This document shows positions 48,699 to 59,360 of a stretch of 64,000 bases of DNA, piece after piece (positions within the stretch are counted from its first letter, which is position 1; the number at the start of each line of letters is the position of its first letter). The stretch is from Nannocystales bacterium (lineage in GTDB: Bacteria; Myxococcota_A; Polyangia; Nannocystales; Nannocystaceae): NCBI GenBank assembly GCA_050633305.1, contig JBOEGF010000024.1, forward strand, positions 160,001 to 224,000, written 5' to 3'. The notes beneath the pieces were generated by a model, which saw nothing but the letters and a program-made list of their open reading frames with translations, had not been told where the DNA came from and made no database searches. Position numbers and translations under genes: made by a program.

Positions 48699-49205
48699 AT
48701 GAACAAGAGCATGAACAAACTCGTTGGCGGCCTCGCAGGTGTGGTCGCGTTGTTGGGCGTCGTGTCGACGGCCGTCGCACTGCCCACCATCCCCGGAATC
48801 TCGGTCCTGGAGGACTTTGAACAACTCGGGACCGGTCCCGTTGGGGGCAACGGTTTCCAGACGAAACCGGTCGGAAATGGGGAGGTCTTTGGGTTCGAGG
48901 GATACGATCTCAGCATCGAAGACTTCCCCGGGCAGAAGCTGCGATGGGATGACCAACTCTTCATGGATTTCCGCCACAACGGGAAGAGACCTTTGGAGGT
49001 CGTGTTCGACCTCTCGATGTACTCGTCCCCGGTGACGGTGCGCGCGTTTGACGACGGAGGGAAGGTGATTTTCGACCAGACGTACACGGCCCAGACCCAG
49101 CATCACGTTGTCATCACCAGCCAAAAAGAACGAATCCTGTACGTCGAACTCACTGGGGGGAGCAACGAGACGTATGTGGATGACGTTTGGGTAACCTGGC
49201 CGTAA
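48699..49205 (+). CDS. Secreted hypothetical protein
   Basis: Signal peptide ending AVA; AGGA upstream. Confidence 0.65.
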   Translation: MNKSMNKLVGGLAGVVALLGVVSTAVALPTIPGISVLEDFEQLGTGPVGGNGFQTKPVGNGEVFGFEGYDLSIEDFPGQKLRWDDQLFMDFRHNGKRPLEVVFDLSMYSSPVTVRAFDDGGKVIFDQTYTAQTQHHVVITSQKERILYVELTGGSNETYVDDVWVTWP

Positions 49206-49477
49206 GGGTCGGTAGGCCAAGCCTGAGGGTGCAGGAAGGAGCTGTCGCACGATGGGGACGCACAGCGGAGTCCTCGTCGATGCTGCTCCCTGTAAGCCCT
49301 CAGGCCTTCCGGGAAACTCGAACTGTCGAGCAATGCTGCCCACGTCATCCGACGTGGGCAGCCAACTCTCGTCGAGGTCTGACGGCTCTTTTTCCCGCAG
49401 CCGCAATCCGGTTTGGGGGTCGTCGACTCTTCTGTGGTGGGAGGGCTCGGCCCTGCCTCTCTCTCCCGGAGCAAAAC

Positions 49478-49729
49478 ATGCAACGAAGAATCGGATTGTT
49501 CGTGTCCCCTCTTGCGGCAGCGGCCGTACTCCTGCTCTCGAGCACGGCGTTTGCTTGGTCGAGCTACGAGTATCGAAACTCCGACGGCGAGTACCGCTAC
49601 GGAATCCGTGACGGGTCGAGCAAGCTGCAGCTGGGTCTTGGCAAGCGCAAGCAAGCGGACAAGGCCGCAAAGAAAATGAACAAGGCGAACAAGGTCGACG
49701 AAGCCGCGGCCGAAGAAGAAGCGAAGTAG
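49478..49729 (+). CDS. Small secreted Lys-rich protein
   Basis: GGAG upstream, signal peptide AFA-WSS, KRKQADKAAKKMN. Confidence 0.65.
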   Translation: MQRRIGLFVSPLAAAAVLLLSSTAFAWSSYEYRNSDGEYRYGIRDGSSKLQLGLGKRKQADKAAKKMNKANKVDEAAAEEEAK

Positions 49730-49743
49730 GAAGGAAGTCCCAG

Positions 49744-49992
49744 ATGAAGAAGCCAATTCTCACCGTATTCGCATTCGCGCTGACCTTCGGAACCTCGTCC
49801 CTCGCCCTCGCGGAGTGGTCGGTCTCCAAGCATCCCCTTGCGCCTGGCTACCGGGTCACCCACGACTCCGGAAGTCCCGGGCTCGTTGTGAACAAGGTCT
49901 ACAAGACCAAGCGCGGGGCGAAGAAGGCGGCAAAGGCCCTCAACGACGCCGAGAAGAAATCCGACGGCGGAAACCACGGCACCGGGGACTGA
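49744..49992 (+). CDS. Small secreted Lys-rich protein, likely paralogue of the upstream gene
   Basis: GGAAGG upstream, signal peptide ALA-EWS, KRGAKKAAKALN. Confidence 0.7.
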   Translation: MKKPILTVFAFALTFGTSSLALAEWSVSKHPLAPGYRVTHDSGSPGLVVNKVYKTKRGAKKAAKALNDAEKKSDGGNHGTGD

Positions 49993-50112
49993 GCCCCGGC
50001 GAGTCGATGCCCACTGCGCTGGGGCGCCTGGGCAGCGCCGCGCCGCCGCCTCCGTTGCGGGATGCGGCGTCCGCTGATGACCCCGAGCCGGTCTTGGAGA
50101 CGTGGGGCGGCC

Positions 50113-53100
50113 TCAGGAGCCGTCGAAGAGGTCCCAGACCATGCGGACCGCGTGGTTGCCTTCGTCGGCGATCAGAAGGTCGCTCCCGTTGCGGACCTCG
50201 AGGCGCACGGGCTCATTCAAACGCGCGCTGACGGCCGGCCCGTGGTTGCCGTTGCTGCCCGCAGACCCATCGCCCATGACGATGCTGAGCACGTTCGTCG
50301 AGAGGTCGAGACGGCCCACCTGGTGGCTGTTGGTCTCGGCGAAGTACAGGTTGTCGTCCGCACCGACGACGAGCCCCCCCGCGGCAGAGAATCGAGCGTT
50401 CGGTCCCGTCAAGCCGGCCCAGTCAAAGTCGCCTCCAGTGCTTCCCGCGATGTGGGTGATGCTTGTGACCTCGTCTGCGCCGTTGAGGTCCAGGCGGACG
50501 ATGCCCGGTGTGGCCCCGCCGGGGTCGGACCCGCAGATTCGCCCGAACACGTACATCGCGTTGCCGTCGGGCGCGAAGGCGATGTTGCAGTCCGCGCAGT
50601 CGCTGAGGGCGATCGCATCCGCTGCGCAGTCCCCATCGTTGATGCCGTATACGCCGTCGATGGTGAGACCGTCGATTCGCCGGATCCGGTCGTGACCGGC
50701 GTCCACCACATACAGCGCCGTGGGGTTGGTCGGGTCAACGGCGAGGTCTCCGGCGGCGAGGAAGTGCGCCGACGTGGCGAGCCCGCCGTCTCCATCGCCG
50801 GGCAAGGCGTCCGGCTGTCCGCCGTACACGAACAGCTGTGGGGGGGTGGAGGCGAGGTTGACCCGGAGCACCCGCGAGGCTCCGTCGAAGGTGCCCGTGA
50901 AGAACACCCGGTTGTTGGCCTCGTCGAATTGGACGTCGCCGACGACGCTGATGTCAGCGTTGAGCGCTGGAATACCGTCTGTCTCGTCGGAGCCCCCGCC
51001 CGCGATATCCACGAGGTCGCCCTCCGGACTGAGCAATCGCAGCCGCCCGTCGCCGGAGTTGCGGTCTACGAGGAACACGCTTCCGTCGCTGCCCGCGCTG
51101 ACCCCTGTGACGCCCCCGACGCGCGCGCACGTGCCCGCACCTGGCACGCCGGCGTTGCCGTCGACGTGCGTATCATTGACGAGGGTCAGCGCGTCTCCCA
51201 CGGCGGGGACCGCCGCGCTGATCGTCATCTCGACCGGGCTGCCTGAGACCGACACACCGTGAAGGTCCTCGTACACGGCGTTGATCTGGTAGTCGCCTGC
51301 GAGCAGTCCCGGCCGCGCAAACGTCGCGGCAAGACCCGCATCGTCTGCGAGGTCGGTCGTCGGGTCGACACAGGCCCCGGCGTCAATGCCTTCGAAGCCC
51401 ACTCGCAGGCCCTCGAACGGGTCGCTGCTGCCATCGACCACTTCGGCGACGAAGAGCGTTGGCTCGAGGAGCTCCGAACTCGGGTTGACGGCGGTGGCGA
51501 TGGCGAGTGTGGCTTCGGTCGCCATGACCTCACCGAGCCCCCAGACCATCCGTGTCGCCGCATTGCCGCGGTCGGCGATCAGGAGGTCGCCCGCCGCGGA
51601 GAACACCAGGCGTGCCGGGTCATCGAGCTGGGCATCGATCGCTGCGCCGTAGTCGCCCAAGGCGCCATCGATCTCAGCGATGTTGACGACCGTGGTCGTT
51701 CGATAGGTTGTCGCGTCGATGCGCCGAACCCTCTCGGTCTGGTTTTCGATGACGTAGAGGTTTCCCGCTTCGTCGAAGGCGATCCCGCCCAGCCCATCGA
51801 ACCGCGCGTCGAACGAGAGCGCTGACTCGGCGGTGCTGCCTCCGTTCTGCCCCGCGATGTGGACCAGCTCGTCGGCGCCAGGGTTGTATCGGACGACACC
51901 GTTGGCGGTGCCTCCGACCTCCGAGCCGCAGATGCGTGCGTTGACGAACAGATTGCCCTGCTCGTCCCACGCCATCTCACAGCCGTCGCTTCCGCAGTCG
52001 TTCATCGCGATCCGGTCGTCGCAATCTCCCGGCTCCAGGTATGAGGTGATGACGCCGCCGCTTACACGACGGATCCGGTCGATGTTGCGGTCGGTGATGT
52101 ACAGGGCGCCGTCCGGGCCCAGGTCGATGTCGGAGGGCCCGACCAAGGTGGCTGCCGTTGCCGCGCCGTCGTCTCCGTAGGTGGGCCCGGGGGCCATGGC
52201 GTCGCCCCCTGCCACGGTGCACAGGGTGTCGCTGGCGACATCGAGCTCGAGGAGTCGCCACCCGTTGTAGTCCGCCAGCAGGTAGACAAGGTCGTTGGGC
52301 TCGTCGTACAGGACATCTTCGACTCGGCGTAGGTCCGCCGTGAGCGGGGGGATGCAGTCCTCGGACTCCACCGCGCCACCACCAGCCAGCACCGTCATGT
52401 GACCGGCCGCGTCGAGCGCGTAGATGTAGCCGTGGTTCGAGGTGTCCGCGGAGATGTACACCGTGTCATCGCTGGCGATGGCGACCCCGCTGACCTCGCC
52501 AATGGTCGCTGCCGTGCCTGGTCCGGGGACGCCAACGTTGTCGTCGAGGACCTTGTCCGCATTGACGAGCGAGAGCATGGTGCCTGCGGTGGGCTCAGTG
52601 GCGGTGGCGGTGGCGGTCGTGACTGGGCTGTCCTCGACCTCGGCCTCGAAGGTGTACCCACCCAAAGCTCGGCCAACGCGCGCGAGTGCGATGACTTGCC
52701 CGTCCGCGTCCGTCATGGCCGAGGCGGGTGAGATCGCGGCGCCTGGCGAGGCCGTCAAGGTGACTTCGACACCCGGGACCGGAACGCCCATCTCGGTGAC
52801 CTCGAACACGAGCGGCATCGCAAGCTGTTCGTTGATCCGAGCAGTCTGCGCGTCGCCGGAGAGCACGCCGACGTCGGGTCCTTCCATCGCCGTGTCGGAG
52901 GTGGTGGTCTCGTCAGTCCCGGAGGTGGTGGAGCTGCTTGAAGTTCCGTCGGTGGGGTCGGTCGTGCGACCGCTGGTCGTGGAGGTGCTCTCGTCGTTCC
53001 CCGTTGTGGTGATCGGTGGGCCTGTGGTGGTCGACGATGAATCGGCTGCGGTCGCCGTCTCGTCGGACCCGGTGCTGCCCGTTGCGGAGGCGGTCGTCGT

Positions 53101-53247
53101 CGTCGACATGACGTCATCGTCATCGACGGGGGCGATCCCTGTCGTCGTGCCGCTGGTGGGCAACGGGGGGGCGTTTCCTGCCGGCGGCTCGTCGCATCCG
53201 GCGAGGAGTGTCAGCGATAAAAGAACCAGAGACTTGCGAGAGTTCAT
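50113..53247 (-). CDS. Large lipoprotein with Ig-like (invasin-type) and NHL/beta-propeller repeats
   Basis: LAGC lipobox, Thr linker, SGDAQTA, repeated DGG.AT.A.L..P / D..N.R.RR motifs. Confidence 0.82.
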   Translation of the reverse strand: MNSRKSLVLLSLTLLAGCDEPPAGNAPPLPTSGTTTGIAPVDDDDVMSTTTTASATGSTGSDETATAADSSSTTTGPPITTTGNDESTSTTSGRTTDPTDGTSSSSTTSGTDETTTSDTAMEGPDVGVLSGDAQTARINEQLAMPLVFEVTEMGVPVPGVEVTLTASPGAAISPASAMTDADGQVIALARVGRALGGYTFEAEVEDSPVTTATATATEPTAGTMLSLVNADKVLDDNVGVPGPGTAATIGEVSGVAIASDDTVYISADTSNHGYIYALDAAGHMTVLAGGGAVESEDCIPPLTADLRRVEDVLYDEPNDLVYLLADYNGWRLLELDVASDTLCTVAGGDAMAPGPTYGDDGAATAATLVGPSDIDLGPDGALYITDRNIDRIRRVSGGVITSYLEPGDCDDRIAMNDCGSDGCEMAWDEQGNLFVNARICGSEVGGTANGVVRYNPGADELVHIAGQNGGSTAESALSFDARFDGLGGIAFDEAGNLYVIENQTERVRRIDATTYRTTTVVNIAEIDGALGDYGAAIDAQLDDPARLVFSAAGDLLIADRGNAATRMVWGLGEVMATEATLAIATAVNPSSELLEPTLFVAEVVDGSSDPFEGLRVGFEGIDAGACVDPTTDLADDAGLAATFARPGLLAGDYQINAVYEDLHGVSVSGSPVEMTISAAVPAVGDALTLVNDTHVDGNAGVPGAGTCARVGGVTGVSAGSDGSVFLVDRNSGDGRLRLLSPEGDLVDIAGGGSDETDGIPALNADISVVGDVQFDEANNRVFFTGTFDGASRVLRVNLASTPPQLFVYGGQPDALPGDGDGGLATSAHFLAAGDLAVDPTNPTALYVVDAGHDRIRRIDGLTIDGVYGINDGDCAADAIALSDCADCNIAFAPDGNAMYVFGRICGSDPGGATPGIVRLDLNGADEVTSITHIAGSTGGDFDWAGLTGPNARFSAAGGLVVGADDNLYFAETNSHQVGRLDLSTNVLSIVMGDGSAGSNGNHGPAVSARLNEPVRLEVRNGSDLLIADEGNHAVRMVWDLFDGS

Positions 53248-53630
53248 GTCTAAGTCCACGCGGTCATCCGTCCGCAGGACCACGGTAACACGCTGTTTTG
53301 GTCCGAAGTCGGAATCCCCCAACGGGGGGCGGGGTGTTCCCGCTTCGGGACGCGCGCCTGCGCTCGTGGCCGGAGCCTCCCGCCGGACTCGCCCGTCCCA
53401 ACCGGGCGGGCCCCGAAAACGGCTCGCGTTCAGAGAACCGAACGAGTCTCATGGGGTTCGAGTCGCGGCTTGCCACGAGCGAAGTCGCAACGGTGTGTGA
53501 CGTCTACGTGCCGCCGGCCGAGAGGCATGCGAAGGGCCCATGCCCGAGCGCGATGCTCGGTCTCTCGCGGTCGGGTTTCCCCCGGTCGGGTGCGCGAGAC
53601 GGATCGGGCGGGTCGTGTCAGACTGTGTCC

Positions 53631-54299
53631 GTGCAGGCTCACGTCGCAGACGATGCCGAGTCGAGTTTTCGCGACCGCAACCTGCACGACGGCTACACGT
53701 TTCGTGGACACGTCGTGCGCACGTTGAGCGTGGCGGTGACGGCGATGACCGCTGGCGTCTGGCTGGCCTGGGGCGCCGCGTGGGTGTACTGGACCGCGCT
53801 TCCCGCGTTCTGGGTCATCGCGAATCTGTTCGAGTGGGCCACCCACCGCTTTCCGATGCACCGTCCGTTGTTTCCGCGGATGATGTACCGCAACCACACG
53901 TTGGTCCATCACCGGGCGTTCGCCGGAGACGACGCCCAAGAGATTCGAAGCACCACCGACCTCTGTCTGGTGATGATGCCCTGGTACACGATCCTTCTCC
54001 TGTTCGTGATGGCATCGCCGGTCGCACTGGTCGCGGCTGTGGTTGGGGGCAGGGCGCTCGCTGGCGTGTTCTTGGTGGCCGCGATCAGCTACTTTCTGCT
54101 GTACGAAACGATTCACACGCTGCACCACTTGCGGAGCGAGCAGCTGGAAACGATCGGGGTTGCGCGGTGGCGGTGGCTGACGTCACTGCGCCGTCATCAT
54201 CACTTCCACCACCGGTTGGAGGAGATGGCCCATACGAACTTCAACGTGACGGCCCCCTTGGCCGACCGCCTGTTCGGGACGTATTTCAAGCGCCGCTGA
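53631..54299 (+). CDS. Fatty acid hydroxylase / sterol desaturase family protein
   Basis: EWATHRFPMH, HTLVHH, YETIHTLHH, HHHFHH, NFNVT.P..D. Confidence 0.82.
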   Translation: MQAHVADDAESSFRDRNLHDGYTFRGHVVRTLSVAVTAMTAGVWLAWGAAWVYWTALPAFWVIANLFEWATHRFPMHRPLFPRMMYRNHTLVHHRAFAGDDAQEIRSTTDLCLVMMPWYTILLLFVMASPVALVAAVVGGRALAGVFLVAAISYFLLYETIHTLHHLRSEQLETIGVARWRWLTSLRRHHHFHHRLEEMAHTNFNVTAPLADRLFGTYFKRR

Positions 54300-54456
54300 A
54301 CCCCGGCGAAGCGCACTCGCGCTGGCTCGGGTTCAGCGTCCGCATCGCGGTCGTGACGCGCAGCGGTTGGACTCGGTGACCGTGGCCTCGAAAGCCCGAT
54401 TGTTGGCCGGCATGGCCACTGCCGACCGGCGCCGGCGTGGCCTAGCCTGAAAATCC

Positions 54457-55416
54457 ATGAACCACACCAAACTCGCAGCACTGTGCGCCCTCGCCTCCCT
54501 GGGACCTTTCGTCGGATGCACTGGGTCTGAGCCCAACCCCGAGGCGACGGACGCGGACACCGACACCGCAGGCCCGGGCAGTGCGGGGTCTACGGGCGCC
54601 TCTTCGGGGGCCACCGGAAGTGGGGAGCCCACGGGAGCAGGCCCGGACACGGCGAGCAGCGGGGACGAAAGCGGGTCTACGGGAGCGGAGGCACCGCAGG
54701 GATGGGTGCTGGACTTCACGCTGTTCGTCGAGGGCGGTGTGCAGGTGTCGGGCATCGGTGCCAGCGCGTCGGTGGGACGCGTGGCCCTCGTCACGGACTT
54801 CGAGCGGGTGATTCTGGTCGACCCTGCGACCGGCGAAGCGGCTGGGGAGTTCTCGGTTCAGCTTGGGGAACTCCCGCGGCAGGGCTCCACCGAGGCACTG
54901 TCGTGGACCGACGAGGGCCTCGTCGCGGTCCTCTACCCGGACGACGCCATCATTCGACAGTACGACGTGGAAGGGACCCAACACTCGGAGATTGAAGTCG
55001 CGACCAGGCTGCGGCCTCTGCACGGCGCGATGACGGTGGATCCCGCGAGCGGCACCGCCTACCTGATCGGCGGAACCGCTCCGCCGCACTTGCTCGCGGT
55101 TGACCTCGACAGTGGAACCGTGACCGAGACGATGGAGATCTCAGGACCCATTGAAGATGCGGTGGAAGGTTTGAGCCTGAGCATCAATGGCGACACATCC
55201 CCGCTGTGGGCTCTCACGGCGGCCGGCGAAGCGTTCCGCATCGACGTCACGACAGGGGAAGCGGAGTCTCCCGGGGGGACGTTTGCCGAGGTCGACGACC
55301 CATCCGGCATTGAGGCGTTCGTGAGCCCGGATGGCGACTCGGTACTCGCGGTGTCGGACGACGACAACCAGTACAACGACGAGCCGGGGCCGCTGCGGCT
55401 CTACCTGCTCGACTGA
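54457..55416 (+). CDS. Lipoprotein, beta-propeller-like
   Basis: FVGC lipobox, linker, repeated beta motifs. Confidence 0.65.
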   Translation: MNHTKLAALCALASLGPFVGCTGSEPNPEATDADTDTAGPGSAGSTGASSGATGSGEPTGAGPDTASSGDESGSTGAEAPQGWVLDFTLFVEGGVQVSGIGASASVGRVALVTDFERVILVDPATGEAAGEFSVQLGELPRQGSTEALSWTDEGLVAVLYPDDAIIRQYDVEGTQHSEIEVATRLRPLHGAMTVDPASGTAYLIGGTAPPHLLAVDLDSGTVTETMEISGPIEDAVEGLSLSINGDTSPLWALTAAGEAFRIDVTTGEAESPGGTFAEVDDPSGIEAFVSPDGDSVLAVSDDDNQYNDEPGPLRLYLLD

Positions 55417-56414
55417 GACTTGCGAAAGCCTGACACCGTCGTGCCGGACCAACGCTTGAAGGCTCGGGCGAAGGCCCGCGCGTCTGAGAAACCGAGCAGC
55501 AAGGCAATCTCCGCGACCGAGAGAGAGGGCTGCCCTACGTAGCTCTTGGCGGTCTCGAAACGGACGTCATCCAGGACCGCCTGGTACCCGACTCCGTCGT
55601 CCGAAAGACGCCGACGTAGGGTCCGCTCGCTCATGCCGAGGCTTTGGGCGACGGCGGTGGCTGACACGTCGCCGCGACTCATGGCCAACATGATTGCGCG
55701 GCGGGTCGTGTCGACCAGGCGGTCTGACTCGAGCTTCTCGTGTTGGTGGCGGGCGTAGAAACCCACGATCTCTGCGAGCCTCGGCTCGGCGCCGACGACC
55801 GGTGATGCGCAGGTTTCGAGTGTGAACTGGATCTCGTTGTTCGGCTGCTCGAAGCTGGGAGCGACCCCCAACACCTCCACGTAGCGGGCGTCGGGAAGGG
55901 CACGTGCATGTTGGAAGGTGACCTTCGTGGCATGGACAGGCCGGGATGCGGCCTGTCGACCGAGCGCGAGGAAACCAGCGAAGGCGAACTCGACGATGTG
56001 TCGATGCACCGCGGCGACCGGCGGAAGCAGCGTGAACCGAAATGAGCGATGGGAGGGCGAGTTCTCGACGGTCCAGACCGAAGCGTTTTGCTGCAACAGG
56101 TTCTGAAAACGGACCACCTGGTCGTAGGCCTCGCCCAGCGTCGGCATGTTGCGGAACAGGTACTCCAGCGCGCCGAGGGTTCCCGGTGCGAGCGCGGCGG
56201 CCAAGGACAGGCCAAATCCATCGTCCCCACTGAGTTCGAGCGCCCGCACCCAGACCGAGTCCATCTTGGACTTGGCCGTCGTCGCATCAGGCTGCATGAC
56301 GTGCGCCGGGTCGAGCCCGAGTCGCTGCAGCATCTTGGGGAAGGGCGTGCCCGTGCGCTGAGCAAGCGCGGCTGCGATGAGGCGCGCCGTCTGGACCGAA
56401 ACGGTTTGCTGCAC
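55401..56414 (-). CDS. AraC-family transcriptional regulator
   Basis: GMSERTLRRRL...IALLLGFSDARAFARAFKRWSG; start guessed. Confidence 0.88.
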   Translation of the reverse strand: MQQTVSVQTARLIAAALAQRTGTPFPKMLQRLGLDPAHVMQPDATTAKSKMDSVWVRALELSGDDGFGLSLAAALAPGTLGALEYLFRNMPTLGEAYDQVVRFQNLLQQNASVWTVENSPSHRSFRFTLLPPVAAVHRHIVEFAFAGFLALGRQAASRPVHATKVTFQHARALPDARYVEVLGVAPSFEQPNNEIQFTLETCASPVVGAEPRLAEIVGFYARHQHEKLESDRLVDTTRRAIMLAMSRGDVSATAVAQSLGMSERTLRRRLSDDGVGYQAVLDDVRFETAKSYVGQPSLSVAEIALLLGFSDARAFARAFKRWSGTTVSGFRKSQSSR

Positions 56415-56724
56415 GGCCGTAAGAATAGTCGAGTGTGCGCGCGTCGGTCGGGCCGCCGCAGGTGCGGTCGACTCGCCATCCTGGGTTGCGCCTGGCCGCG
56501 CTCTGGCGCCTGAGGGCGCGTGTGTCACCAGGGCGCGTCGAGGGCGGCGAGGACACGCCGGCGCATCGTCGTGCTCGGGCCATGTCCCGGAGGAGGCGTC
56601 GTCTGCCTGGGCGAGGCTCGCGGCGAGCACGCTGGTGGCCCGATGCTGACCGTTTGAGTTCTTCCGGGACCCCAGTGCATCGCCGGGGTTGCCATGGCGG
56701 CGTGCGGACGGTTTGCTGCACCCG

Positions 56725-59295
56725 GTGAGCGCTGAACGTACCGAATCCCCGTCGCTGGGCGCGAAGATCCCCGCGTCGCCGCTGGAAGACGCGGATGAGA
56801 TTCTCGAGCGCTTCATGGAGTGGCTCACCGAGATCGGGGTCGAGCCCTACGAAGCGCAGGAAGAGGCGTTCCTCGAGGTGATGGGCGGGCGCCACGTCAT
56901 CCTCAACACCCCAACGGGTTCGGGCAAGTCGCTCGTTGCGCTCTCGATGCACTTCAAGGCCCTGTGCGAGGGCAAACGGGCGTTCTACACCAGCCCGATC
57001 AAGGCGCTCGTCAGCGAGAAGTTCTTCGATCTGTGTCGCTCGTTGGGCGCCGACCGGGTCGGGATGATGACCGGTGATGCCAGCATCAACCCGACGGCGC
57101 AGATCATCTGTTGCACCGCCGAGGTGCTTTCGAACCTCGCGCTGCGAGAGGGCGAATGGGCGGATGTCCACTACGTGGTGATGGACGAGTTCCACTACTT
57201 CTCGGACTCGGACCGGGGGATCGCGTGGCAGATCCCGCTGATCACCCTGCCGCATGCGCAGTTTCTTCTCATGTCCGCCACGCTCGGCGACGTTTCGGTG
57301 TTCGAGGACCGGATCCCTGCCTACACCGACCGGGAACTGGCGGTGGTCCGCAGCGCGACGCGCCCGGTCCCGCTGGACTTCGCCTATCGGGAGACCACGC
57401 TGCACGACACGGTCACCGAGCTCGATGAGCAGGGCCGCACGCCGGTCTACGTCGTGAACTTCTCGCAGCGTGAGGCGGCCGAGCAGGCGGGGAACATGAT
57501 GAGCGTGAACCTGTGCTCGAAGGAGGAAAAACGGGCGATCGTTGCGGCGATCGGCGACTTCCGATTCGACACGGTCTACGGCAAAGACGTGCAGCGCTTC
57601 CTCAAGCATGGAATCGGGGTGCACCACGCCGGCTTGTTGCCGAAGTACCGAACCCTCGTCGAGCGTCTGGCGCAACAGGGGCACCTCAAGCTCATCTCCG
57701 GCACGGACACGTTGGGCGTGGGCGTGAACGTACCGATTCGCACCGTGGTGTTCACCAAGCTGTGCAAGTACGACGGCGAGAAGGTTCGCATCCTCTCGGT
57801 CCGGGACTTCAAACAGATCGGTGGTCGCGCGGGTCGCAAGGGCTTCGACGATGCCGGCAGCGTGGTGGTGCAGGCCCCCGAGCACGTCGTCGAGAACAAG
57901 AAGGCCGAGATCAAGGCCGCGATGGCCAAGAAGAAGAAGTTCACGCGCAAGAAGCCGCCCGAGCGCGGTTACGTGCCGTGGGACGAGAAGACGATGGAGA
58001 AGCTGCGGGAGAGCGAGCCCGAGGCCCTCAGCTCGCAGATGCAGATGAGCCACGGCCTGCTGCTCTCGGTGATGAAGCGCGAGATCGATGCCAGCGCGCT
58101 GCATGGCGGCTATGGCCGGATCGTGGAGATCCTCGGGCGTTCGTACGAGCGAGAGGGCCGTCGCAAACGTCACCGACGCGCCGCCGCCCAGCTGTTCAAG
58201 GATCTGCGTGCCGCGGGGGTGGTCGAGGTGCTCGACGGAGCGGTGCAGGGTCGTCGTGCGGTCCGCGTGGCGGAGGGCTTGCAACGCGAGTTCTCGCTGC
58301 ACCACACGCTGTCTTTGTTCCTCCTGCAGGCGCTCGAGGCCCTCGACCCCGACGAGGACTCGTACCCGCTCGACGTCGTCTCGCTGGTGGAGTCGATTCT
58401 CGAGAACCCCTACGCCGTGCTCAAGCGCCAGGTCGAGACGGCCAAGACCGAGCTGGTCGGCCGTCTCAAGGCGGACGGGGTCGAGTACGAGGAGCGCATG
58501 GAGGCGCTGGACAAAGTCGACTACCCCAAGCCGTGCAAGGAGTTCATCTACGGCGTCTACGACAGCTTCCGTACTGACCACCCGTGGATGCGCGGCGAGA
58601 ACGTACGACCCAAGTCCGTGGCCCGCGACATGGTCGAGCGGTTCGCCAGTTTCAACGACTACACCAAGCAATATGGCTTGGGACGAAGCGAAGGCGTGCT
58701 GCTCCGCTATCTCTCGCAGGCGTACAAGGCGTTGGTCCAGACTGTCCCCGACGTCTACCGAGATGACCGTCTCGAAGATGTCATCGCGTACCTGAGGGCT
58801 ACGTTGGCCCGCGCCGATTCCTCGCTCGTTCGGGAGTGGGAAGCCATGGCCGCGGGCCGGCCCGTCGAGTACGAGGACGTGCCCGAGGTCGACCTTCCGC
58901 CGCCGGACCCCGCTGCGGATCCTCGGTCGTTCAACGCGAGGATCCGGGCCGAGATGCAGGCCATGGTCAAAGCCCTGGCCTCGAAGGACTTCGAGGAGGC
59001 GGCCATCGCCTCACGCCCCACGGACCCCGCCTGGGACGATGACCGTTTCGAAGAGGCCTTGGCTCCGTGTCTCGAGGAGATTGGCGCGCTTGTGTTCGAC
59101 CACCGCGCCCGTATGGCGCACCTCACTCACATCGAGGAGGAGCAGCCCCGGCTGTGGCGCGTTCAGCAAACGCTTTGCAACGAAGAGGGAGACACGATGT
59201 GGATGCTCGAGGCCGAGGTCGACCTCCCCGTGCCCACCAGGGACGTGCCCACGCCAGACGGGCCGCTGATCGCACTGGTCCGCATCGGCTGCTGA
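56725..59295 (+). CDS. Ski2/HelY-like DEAD/DEAH-box helicase (DUF3516-type C-terminus)
   Basis: TPTGSGKS, SPIKAL, DEFH, MSAT, HHAGLLPKY, QIGGRAGR, LRYLSQAY. Confidence 0.92.
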   Translation: MSAERTESPSLGAKIPASPLEDADEILERFMEWLTEIGVEPYEAQEEAFLEVMGGRHVILNTPTGSGKSLVALSMHFKALCEGKRAFYTSPIKALVSEKFFDLCRSLGADRVGMMTGDASINPTAQIICCTAEVLSNLALREGEWADVHYVVMDEFHYFSDSDRGIAWQIPLITLPHAQFLLMSATLGDVSVFEDRIPAYTDRELAVVRSATRPVPLDFAYRETTLHDTVTELDEQGRTPVYVVNFSQREAAEQAGNMMSVNLCSKEEKRAIVAAIGDFRFDTVYGKDVQRFLKHGIGVHHAGLLPKYRTLVERLAQQGHLKLISGTDTLGVGVNVPIRTVVFTKLCKYDGEKVRILSVRDFKQIGGRAGRKGFDDAGSVVVQAPEHVVENKKAEIKAAMAKKKKFTRKKPPERGYVPWDEKTMEKLRESEPEALSSQMQMSHGLLLSVMKREIDASALHGGYGRIVEILGRSYEREGRRKRHRRAAAQLFKDLRAAGVVEVLDGAVQGRRAVRVAEGLQREFSLHHTLSLFLLQALEALDPDEDSYPLDVVSLVESILENPYAVLKRQVETAKTELVGRLKADGVEYEERMEALDKVDYPKPCKEFIYGVYDSFRTDHPWMRGENVRPKSVARDMVERFASFNDYTKQYGLGRSEGVLLRYLSQAYKALVQTVPDVYRDDRLEDVIAYLRATLARADSSLVREWEAMAAGRPVEYEDVPEVDLPPPDPAADPRSFNARIRAEMQAMVKALASKDFEEAAIASRPTDPAWDDDRFEEALAPCLEEIGALVFDHRARMAHLTHIEEEQPRLWRVQQTLCNEEGDTMWMLEAEVDLPVPTRDVPTPDGPLIALVRIGC

Positions 59296-59360
59296 GCTTG
59301 CGCGGTGTCGGAGTCGCGGTGGACCGCGCTTCGCATGACGGGCCCCTGCGACCCCGCACA

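Noticed and set aside
56287..58671. Long antisense ORFs (also 12703-14394, 14500-15876, 27692-29845, 32012-33598, 47267-48637)
   Set aside because: Shadow frames of well-supported genes on the other strand, expected in high-GC DNA.
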